Assembly (NCBI GenBank): GCA_951406725.2
Contig: OX597815.1
Location: 148,056,001 to 148,120,000 of the forward strand
DNA from: Octopus vulgaris
Taxonomy: Eukaryota
Direction: 5' to 3'
DNA length: 64,000 nt
The notes under the pieces were generated by a model, which worked only from the letters and a program-made list of their open reading frames with translations, was not told the origin of the DNA and did no database searches. Shown one piece after another: positions 54,091 through 64,000 of the stretch. The translations under genes and the position numbers were made by a program. Position 1 is the stretch's first letter, and each line of letters begins with the position of its first letter.

Positions 54091-55528
54091 AGAACGTTGG
54101 TACAGGCAAAATGTACAAAGAGTGCCGAATGCCAAAATGCAATAGTTATTTTTGGTTAGGTGAGATGGTATCTCTTATCTCCGTTATCTAGCCCTTCGCT
54201 TGCAAAATGTCGATCAAGAGCGTGGTGATTGTAAAGTGAATTTCGAATAACTACATATGAGACGCCAGCTTTTCTAGTTACAGCCATTCACGCAAACTCA
54301 CACACACAAACACACGCAAATAACCACACCTATATATATATATACACGTTTCGGTTTCATTTATTATATTATATATGCATAACTTTTTCCAGATATAAAT
54401 CATAAAAACGAACCCATAAAACTATGTTGCTTTGCTCTGATAAAATTATGATTTATGTCATTATATAGGAGTTCGAATGTTTTAAGAGTACGTTTGAAGA
54501 GTATGTTTTAGATACATGTATTTGTGGAAGGTTCTTTGATTTTCATACGTAAAATATATGCTGTATAATAATATAGAAGTTGTTTAACTGGCTGTTTAAT
54601 TGACGATCTCCATATCTTTATGATACATTTGGAGACAAAACAGGAAACATATTTTGTCTTTTCATAATATTCACTTAATATTTTACGAAAATGTTGCGTA
54701 ATCAATGTGAGAAAGCATATAATGTATAATTATGTAAAAAGCGTCTCCTAAAAGTTTTACGTTGGAGAGCGTGTGTGACATTTATGTTTTTTCAATGAGA
54801 AGAATTTCGATATATATGAATGCATATTTGTGTGTATGTGTGTGTCTATGGAGAATGAAAGGGTTTCGAATATGATATAAAATTCCTGGAAGCTGATATG
54901 TGCATCAAATAAATGTACATCTAAACGATTTCATATATATATATATATATAAGCTGGCTTTAAAAACTACCTTTAGTTATTGGATATAAAGTTATAGAAA
55001 TGCGCAGTTGCGTAATTTACACTTACAACCACATAAATAAATATTAAATCAAAAGAATAAATCCCTTACAAATAGAACAAGCTGAATTTTGTAACTTCAT
55101 AAATAGGGACATTTAGTAATTCAAATCATTGTAAAACAAAAATTAATCTAACATAAAATGTTATTTTATTTATACGTTATTTATGTGCTTTTCAATGCGT
55201 GCACCACATATAATATTCTATTTGTCATGTCTTTTTTAATATAATCTGTTTCATTTTCTTTCCATATATCAGAGGTTATATGGTTGAACTTTCTTTCTTT
55301 CTAAGGTGAGTTGAAAAATTTCCATTTCCTCAAGGGAGTGTTGCGCATATTAAATAGATATACGTTAAGTTCTTATATATATGAAATATGGGGAGTGTAA
55401 TAAATGCGAGTAAAATAGATTATCCATGAGATTAAAAGAAAAATACTGCAAGCTAACCAAATGTGATATCTCCAGTAATAGCAACTAATCGTGTGTTTTG
55501 GAAAGTGGATGCAGAAATATATATATAT

Positions 55529-55791
55529 TGTCGGGTCGTCGGCGACTAAACCGGCAACCCCACCAAGCTTGCTTGGTGAGGAGGGTGTTTATTGGACACC
55601 CTGCGGGATGAAAAACAAAATCTGTCAAAGGGCATGGGAACTATGGAGAGGCTGTTGCTTAGTGAGTGAGATTGACTCAGTGTACAGCCTTTCCTCAGTT
55701 TAAAATAATCTTCTTGCCCAGGCATTGCACGATGGCAACATTGGTTAAGCTTCGTGCAATGGCCATACTCGATAACGAGGGGCAGCCACCA
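55529..55791 (+). mobile_element. short hairpin-rich retro-element (probable RTE-derived non-autonomous element)
   Basis: GC-rich island in TA context; hairpins CACCAAGC-TT-GCTTGGTG, GGGTGT..ACACCC, AGGCTGT..ACAGCCT, CATTGCACGA..TCGTGCAATG; RTE-like end CTCGATAACGAGGGGCAGCCACCA. Confidence 0.5.
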
Positions 55792-55822
55792 TACATACAT
55801 ATATATATATATATATACATAC

Positions 55823-55865
<43 letters not shown>

Positions 55866-55869
<4 letters not shown>

Positions 55870-56090
55870 AGTTTCAGAGCAGAGCTGTGGCCATGCTCAT
55901 GCACCGCCGTTTTGCTACACTGTTATTACTAAGAACCTCCTCTAATATGTGGCACTTGCTGAAGCATGGAGTTTGATATAGCTCATTTGCACCTCTTGCC
56001 GTGAGGTAGGTTCATATGTATATCTTCAGACACAAATTTTGTAAATATCAGTTTTCGATGTTCCTTGAGACAGGTGCTCATGGCAACTGC
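55866..56090 (-). mobile_element. CR1/L2-group LINE 3' end fragment
   Basis: Minus strand ATGAACCTACCTCACGGCAAGAGGTGCAAATG...GGCGGTGCATGAGCATGGCCACAGC matches 43815-43970. Confidence 0.8.
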
Positions 56091-57579
56091 TACTGCTTAA
56101 AAGTAACTCTACGAAAATTGAACAGTTGTAGACAATAATTATCGGTAAAAAAAGAAATATCTATATGGTAGTAATATTTGTGGACTATACAATATATAGT
56201 ATCATATATATTTATCTCAAAATAAACTTTTTTGCGTTTAAGTTGATGTTGTTTACCAATTACATTAGGGTCAAAAGTTAAATTATCGATCTGCTTCTGA
56301 AAAAAAAGCACTTCTAAATATGAAACGTTTTCATAAGAGCGTAAACTTATCAAAATGGACAAGAATTATTATTTGCATTTTCTTTTGTTTTCAGATGTAA
56401 AATTGATACCTCTAACTGACATCTTGGACAAAGCAGAATAACTGAAAGTGCTATTTGATTATTAAATATGAATGTTGAAGGGCTTGCTTCTTATGTGGTT
56501 ATTTTTCGAAAAAAGACATTCATTATGCGCAATGAAGAAAAGGCTTTTCACATAGAAAACATTCCGCTTAGAAAAAATTTATTGCATTTGACAGTGGACG
56601 CATCATTTATATTTTAAGAACTTATCATTCATTTGATCTTTTTCTACGCTATAGAAGAAAGAATTCATGAAAAACATTATCGAGTAAATACTGACTATAT
56701 ACATACATGTTTTTGACAAATAGCAGGTAAATGCTTTTGAATTAAAGTTTGTAGACAAACCCATTTTATTTTCCAGTCGTTGAATGTCTACGTAAGATTA
56801 ATGAGAAAACGTTAGAAACCTTAAACCGTTACATTTAAATGAATTTGAATAGTTTTGTACAATCGGGATTTAATGTTGATTTTTCTAGGCTAAATATTAA
56901 GAGGGAAATGTCCAGATTTAGAACTCACAGATTTCTTCGGATTTCTTAAATGAATTTTTATGCAATATTACATACAATTAATTTCTGCGGTCGCAGGCAG
57001 GATCACAACGCGTTTGACAAAACATTTTGCTCTATTTCTATAGCTCTTTATATTTTGAGTACAAATTCTACAAAAGCCCACTTTGTTTTCATTTTTGTGG
57101 TTGATGAAATAAGTACGAAGTAAGCACTCTTGCCGACGTAATCGATTTACTCCTCTCCCGGAAAACTCCAGATATGTGCCAACATTTGAAGCCCTTCATT
57201 TCAGAGTAGAACTCCCAGCGTGTATTGGCTACAAATATCCATTATATCGATGGTGATTTTGCACAAACTACGTCGAAAATAACTTATTTTATTAAAATAC
57301 ATTTCCTCTTTGCAGTAATTATGATAGCGCAGAATTGATGAAAAACAATAATTCAAACAAAGTACAATTAGATAACGGGAAATGACATTTAGAAATATAA
57401 ATCAAATCTCAGATCGCATTTCACCCATGTATTGATTTCTTATCGAACATCTGATGTACTACGCACATTTTTCTCTCACCAAAACTTATTTTCTCCTTAG
57501 ATTTAGATATTGGAAAATTACCATTGATGAGGATCAATCTCCGCGGTTCCCTAATCTGGAGATGGTGTCAAGTCTAGAT

Positions 57580-58006
57580 TTTCTTTTTTATTCTAGGCAT
57601 AAGGCGCTAAATCTTCACAGAGTCGACCAGTCGATTAGATTCACCCCCAGAACGCAACTGGTACTTAATTTATCGACCCCGAAAGAATGAAAGGCAATGT
57701 CCACGTCGGCGGAATTTGAACTCAGAACATAAAGGCAGACGAAATGTCGCTAAGCGTTTCGCCCGGCGTGATAACGTTTCTTATTTCTTTATTTCTCACA
57801 CGAGGCTAAACATAGAAAGGACAAACAAGGACAGGCAAGGGGATTAAGTCGATTACATCGACCCCAGTGCGTAACTGGCACTTAATTTATCGACCCCGAA
57901 AAGAGGAATGGCAAAGTCGACCTCGGCGGATATTTGAACTCAACGTAGCGGCAGGCGAAATACCGCTAAGCATTTCAGCTGGCACGCTAACGTTTCAGCC
58001 AGCTCG
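57580..58006 (-). mobile_element. two tandem SINE family B copies
   Basis: Core AACTGGTACTTAATTTATCGACCCCGAAAG...GAACTC...CTAAGC.TTTC appears twice (57580-57780, 57781-58006); tRNA-like head on minus strand. Confidence 0.88.
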
Positions 58007-58317
58007 CGGAGTCATGCGTAGATATTCTAGAACTAATGTTATTCATAGTGTATTTTTTGTGAAAATAAGTTTGATTTTATAGTAATTAATTCCCCCCTAG
58101 CAGAAACGTTTGTGGAGTTTATATTTCATAAAGAAAGAGTAATCACTTGAGTATTCTATTAGGAATTCAGCTTTTCAAATTGGAGTAAAGATCTTTAATA
58201 TTTTCGCTGTAAACTTTAATAGCATTCTCTTGTAACCGATTTTAGGGTTTATTTTTCTTTGTGAGATTTTCACAATCTTTGTTCTGTGGAACTTTCCGTG
58301 AATAGTTATATTTCGAT

Positions 58318-59880
58318 ATTGATTGATTGATTGATTGATTGATTCCAGTTTCAGCTCATGAGCTGTGGACATGCTGGGGCACCGCCATTTGGTGTTGCTA
58401 CTTGGTTTTACTTCACGAACGCTTTCTAGCAACTGCCATTTGGTGCATGAGAGAGTTCGATGCAGCTGCCCTCATCTGCACCTCCTGCCGTGAAGTTGGT
58501 TCATCTGGGACACCTGACAGGAAGAGACAGGAAGAGATCCAGTTTCATTTTAAAGACATCTGCATCCACCCCATGCAGGTCTCTCAGGTTCTTCGGGAGG
58601 ATATTGAAGAGCTGTGGGCCTCGGAAGCCCAGGCTATCACAGTATCTTGTCCTACATCTCGATGGCAAATTTGGAGTCCTAGGCACCACACAGTGGCGCC
58701 CAGTTCTGGCATTTATGTAACTCTCGATGCCAAAGTTTGGGACATTTCCCTCCAGGATCTTCCAGATGTATATTATGGCATATCTTTCCCGCCTACGCTC
58801 CAAGGAATATAGTTTTAATCTCTTGAGTCTTTCCCAGTAGCTTACATTCTGCATAGAGGCTATCTTCTTCGTGTAGCTACGCTGGATCGCCTCGAGCTCT
58901 GTGATAAACTTGACACTGGATGGTGACCATAACTGAGAGCAATAGTCAAAGTGGCTTAGGACAAGTGTCCTCCAGAGGACCATCATGGTTTCTTGTTCTC
59001 TTGTTCTAAAGGATCTGAGAATCCATCCGGCCAGTCGTCTACATTTCATTGCCAATTTAGCAACATGAACACGAAAGGTTGCGTCATCACTCATGTAAAT
59101 ACCCAGGTCACGCACTGATTGTGCCTCTGGGATTGCTGTTCCTCCGGGTCCAGTGTATTCATTGGGTATTGCATTTAGTTTTGCATGCTGATAGTATAAA
59201 GCTTGAAACTTTTCAGCATTGAACTGCATGCTATTCTTTTCAGCCCACTTGTATATTTTGTCCAGCTCACATTGCAGGCGTTTAGTGTCCTCATGGTTCT
59301 GTATTGCCTGTGAAACTTTTGTATCATCTGCATAACTTGTGATCGTGGCTCTCTGCGTGGCTGAGGGCATGTCTGAGAGGGCCATTATAAACAGTAGTGG
59401 TCCCAGAACAGTGCCCTGCGGGACACCGCTCACTATTTGCGTGTTAATGGAAGTGGCCCCATTGGCTACCACCACCTGACTTCTATCTTTCAGAAAGTCA
59501 TGAAGCCATTCTCCCAGTTTTCCAACTATGTTGAGATCACGCAGTTTGTGACATATCATTCCATGATCGACTTTATCAAAGGCCTTTGCAAAGTCGAGAT
59601 ATATCACTTCCACATTTGAGTGGTTGAGCAGCCGTTTCAGCACACAGTCATAGTGTTGTAGGAGCTGAGTTAAACAGCTTCTCCCTGGTCGGAAACCATG
59701 TTGGGTGTCGGGCAGCAAGTCATTTTCTTCAAGGAAGGTGATCAGTTTCCTTCTGACTATTCGTTCCATGACCTTGCTGATGTATGAGGTCAGAGAGATA
59801 TGTCTTGGCCTCCGCTCTGCTACCTCCTTTATGAATGGGGCATATTTTACCTTCCTTCAGTTTTCTTGGAAGTTTGCCAT
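58318..59880 (-). mobile_element. 5'-truncated CR1/L2-group LINE (RT), close relative of 42540-43970
   Basis: ORF 58501-59769 MERIVRRKLITFLEENDLL...YLDFAKAFDKVDH...YADD; (TCAA)n tail. Confidence 0.95.
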
Positions 59881-60593
59881 ATCTATGTTGAAATTGTATA
59901 GAGTCATCTTTTCTTTAAGTTTTCTAATTATATGACAAAAGAACGGCAGCTGAGTTAGTCCTTTTAATATAAAATTCGGTTTTGCTGTTAAATTTCAAAA
60001 TGATTCTAATGTAATCCTTACCGTTGTTAGGGTTTCTTTACGAAAGCTATTTCAACTCTGTTGGAGTATGTTTGTAGTGGACTTTAATATCGTTGTTTTC
60101 TTATTTTGGTAGGTTTTGAGATTGTCCGGGACTTTAGAGATTCTCGACCACTACATTTATGTAATTGGTATACGATTCTGCTATTGTCTGCTGGTTGACT
60201 TCAGGCTTCCACCGTGTCGATTTCTTTGCTCGCATGCTGTATTTCGGCAATATTTATTGTGAGGACGGAATTTGTGTGGTGATCTCCTTTACGTTGCTAA
60301 ACTTTCGGGCAAATTTAGCTGACATTATAATACTTTGCATGGTGAGTGAATACAGGAATATAGATTTATAAGAAATGACATAGGTACATTAAACCACCTC
60401 CCGAAATGTATTAACGGTTACAAAAAATCGTAAAATTTCATATAAAGATCGGCTATATAGCAATTCAATAAATTACAATGAATTATTTTATTAATATAGA
60501 TGGAAATAATAATCAACTCGATACAGATTAAAAGGAAATCGACTCCATATAATTTAAACGTTTCTAAAATAATCACCTGTAGCTTATGAATTA

Positions 60594-61839
60594 TTAGGTT
60601 GTTAAACTTCTTGCGGTTTTTAACTTTTAAATTCAGATGCACATAACTCGTCTCAAACAAAACTTTATTAATCGAAATAAACACCATCAGAATCAACACA
60701 CTTTTGCCAACGCGAAACATGTTTATGCCGGTAGCGTAACAATCTTACGATCTGGAGGCGATGAAAGCGTCTTTGGCATCATCTTGGTTTTTGAAGCATT
60801 TCTCACGAAGGAAGTTGTCGAGATGCTTGAAAAAGTAGTAGTCGGTAGGCGAGAGGTCTGGTGAGTATGGCGGATGAGGCAGAGTTTCGTATCCGAATTC
60901 GTTCCACTTCTGCAGGGTCAGTTGTGCGACGTGCGGCCGAGCGTTGTCGTGGAGAAGAATTGGTTCGTTTCTATTGAACAATGCTGGCTGTTGTTGTCGG
61001 AGTTTCTTATGCATTTCATCTATTTGTTGACTGCACTTCACCGTAACGATTTGGCCTGGATCCAAAAAACTGAGATGAATGAGACCGGCCGCAGACCACC
61101 AGTCACCATAACCTTTTGGTGCAACGTTGGCTTCGGGAAGTGCCGTGCTGCTTCGTCGGCATACAACCACTGAGCTGAGCGTCGCTGGTTGTTGTAAAGA
61201 ATCAACTTTTCATCGCAAGTCACAATACGGTCGAGAAACAGGTCATTCTTGTTGCGTAAAAGAAGGGAAGATGGCGTTTTTTGTTGTCGTTGAGTTCGTA
61301 CGACACCCATTTCTCAAGTATTTTTGTTTATCCCATCTCTTTTAAGTGGTTGGAAATTGCCGTATACTTTACGTCTAATGCAGAAGCAAGCTCTCGAACA
61401 GTTGTGCGTGGATTGGCTTCGACTAAGGCTCTTACTTGATCGTTGTCAACATCCGATGGCCGACCACTACGGTTATCATTTTCAAGACTCTCGTCACCGC
61501 TATGAAATGTCTTGAACCACCATTGTGCTGTACGTTCATTAGTGGTTCCTGGACCAAACGCATCGTTGCTATCGTGAGCTGTTTCAGCAGCTTTTCGGCT
61601 TAGCTTGAACTGAAATAAGAAAATTGTGCGAATTTGCTTTTTGTTCATGTTTTATTCAACGTTCCGGAAAAAATGGCCTAATTATTCAAATTCAGAAAGC
61701 GTAACACGACTAGGTTAGATAGAGCGAAAAAGGGGCTTTAAAATGATATATAAATTCAAGGTAATTTAATGAAAATTAATTTGAAAATATATTTAAAAGC
61801 AAAATCAAAAATTCCGCAAGAACTTTCTTGACAACCTAA
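60594..61839 (-). mobile_element. mariner DNA transposon, full length, decayed (DD34D, Hsmar1/cecropia-like)
   Basis: TIRs TTAGGTTGTTAAACTTCTTGCGG / TTAGGTTGTCAAGAAAGTTCTTGCGG with TA at both ends; MNKKQIRTIFLFQFK HTH, IVTCDEK, LLHDNARPH, YSPDLSPTDY; frameshifts and stops. Confidence 0.95.
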
Positions 61840-62004
61840 TAATTAAGTTTGAATTTCGGAATATCGACTTGGTTTTTCTGCTAGAAATACTACTAAAATT
61901 CCCTGTATTGACATCGGATATTCTTTACCAAGGAAACAGTATCAACTGTACTTATAAAATTAGTAGTTAGAAAAGTTAAACTCTAACGGAGTATTATATT
62001 TGTT

Positions 62005-62232
62005 TCAAATTTTGGCAGGAAACCAGCAAGGTCGAGGTTGGGGTAAATCGGTTACCTCGACCCTAGCGCTTAAATGGTATTTATTTTATCGATACTGAAA
62101 GAATGAAAACGAAAATGGATATTGGCAGAATTTGAACTCAAGAACGGAGAGACGGATGAAACGTAGAGACAGATGAAATGTCACAAAGCATATCTTTCCC
62201 CGGCGTGCTAATGAGTCTATCAGCCTGCCTCC
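62005..62232 (-). mobile_element. SINE family B, degenerate
   Basis: TTTATCGATACTGAAAGAATGAAAACG...GAATTTGAACTCAAGAACG...CCCGGCGTGCTAA. Confidence 0.7.
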
Positions 62233-64000
62233 TCCTGAAAGACTATTATACTGGCAACAATTTCATATTTAACTCATCCATTTCACCGATACACGTGTTT
62301 GGATAGATAAAGTTTGCGACAAAAATATTGGTAAAGCAGAGGTGATTTGCCACGTAATATCTCTCTACAACTATATATTATACTCAAGTAGCCATTTGAA
62401 AATAATTTTTAGAATTCAAATTATAGAGTGTTGTAAATAATATATATTATATTGCATTACTACATTACGTTTGTTTCTCTAAATTATAAGTAATAACATA
62501 CATTTATTGCGGCTGTGTTTGTGACAAACAATATATATAACAAATTCAGTTTCACTTTGTCTAAAGAGACCAAAGTATCGCTTCGTTGAATCATCTACAA
62601 ACGTATTTGGATTTCATTTAATGTATAGTAACAGATCAGATGCAGAAAAATAATATCTAAAACATTTTAAAATCTAGCACCGGAAATTTAATAACGGATA
62701 TATGAACAATGTGATTTGAAATTTGCAACCAATTTGATTGCAAACTGATCATTGGAAATGTCTGCTAATATTCTATACTGTGGAAATTATATTCCTACTA
62801 TTGTGATTGGTATTTAAATGAAACTGTTACTTCTATGGTGAGGACACATTGAAATAGATGATGTTCCCGTAGACATTATAGTTACTTCAGAGACAGCATG
62901 CTTTCGTGACTTTGCAACCTATAATCTTTTCTCTATTCAAACTAAAAACTATTAATTTTGTTAAGCTTTGGAAACATTTTACACATTCGAATGTATGTGC
63001 ACAGTTAATGTTATTGTTCAAGTTGTCCATTTTATGGAATCGTATTTCAATTGGGTACATTGTAATTAATGTAATGGTTTGGTACATCCATACACACAAA
63101 GGCACACACATACATATATATTTATATTGTAAGGCTCTCAACACAGTTGGTGCAAGTTGATTGTTAGATTTTGCCAAATAAAATTATTGCTGACTGTTAT
63201 GAAGCATTCCACGATCACAGATGAACAATGCTATATGGCAATACGGAAGTGTAATCCAAACACATATCTTTCTACATATGTGAAAGCCAGAGTTTCTGTT
63301 GTCCTTATAGTATTCATGAAGTAGTTATTAATATATTAGAGTGTGTATACATGTGTATCATTTTGTGTGTTTATGTGCGTTTTTATGTTTAGGTTTACAG
63401 ACGCACACAGACCCATTAAATATAAAACAGGAACTGAAATGTCACTAGATCAATACATACGGTTATTTAGTGAAATTGTCATTCTATCTTAGTCTGTTTC
63501 ATGCATATATAGGAGCTTAGTAACTGATAATTATGTTTCTTTCAATAAACATTTTAAAGTACTTTATGTTTGATAGTTTATAACTTTCTGCCTTAGAAAT
63601 CATATAAAGCATTTGAAATATAGAAGAAAGTTAAGCAATGATTTATCTATAAAAGTCAATCCAAATAAAAAATGCATTCTCTCATTAAGAGATATTTGTC
63701 TTACATGAAATTAATTTTGTACTATTTAAAGTTTTATTCTGTCGAAAAACATTTATTGTCTCATGCCTATTATTTTTCAATGAAGTTTCCTGGCTATAAA
63801 TATCCATACAATTTACAACTTGTTTACTGTCAAAAAAACCTACACAAAACATTATATTTTCTCAATTATCACGTCTATATACAGCAGCAATAATTTTCCG
63901 TTTTACTACATCATTTAGCTACATATAAAGTCTTACCTAAGTAGGATTGTGTGACAGTACCGAATAACTGCAAATATTACAGTTTCATAAGTATACAACA

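Noticed and set aside
59880-60415. Possible further decayed PLE fragments
   Set aside because: Only a short LNHLPK-like match to 33775 and vague endonuclease-like residues; too weak to delimit

Overview
AT-rich eukaryotic genomic DNA, most likely cephalopod (Octopus-like; inferred from the SINE families, (TA)n load and LINE types). It is dominated by (TA)n/(CA)n microsatellites and transposable-element debris, and no host protein-coding gene can be called with confidence (only weak candidate exons near 22.4-22.6 kb and 55.3/56.4 kb). Contents: one near-full-length CR1/L2-group LINE (~38.5-44.0 kb; ORF1 with Myb/SANT-like and CCCH motifs, ORF2 APE+RT), five 5'-truncated copies of related LINEs and one ORF1-only remnant, several tRNA-derived SINE families, a complete but decayed mariner (60594-61839), two non-autonomous Helitron-like elements, a pogo-like MITE, and many Penelope-like (PLE) fragments. 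The most interesting signals are in RNA structure. (1) About a dozen minimal type-I hammerhead or hammerhead-like motifs, one canonical at 47423-47463, often inside fold-back (inverted) insertions. (2) A small non-coding element present twice with target-site duplications that joins a tRNA-like Pol III head, a (TAA)n linker and a hammerhead motif, i.e. a SINE/retrozyme-like hybrid. (3) A two-hairpin 3' motif with compensatory changes shared by the main SINE and five divergent LINE copies. All calls were made by eye; no alignments, folding or database searches were run.
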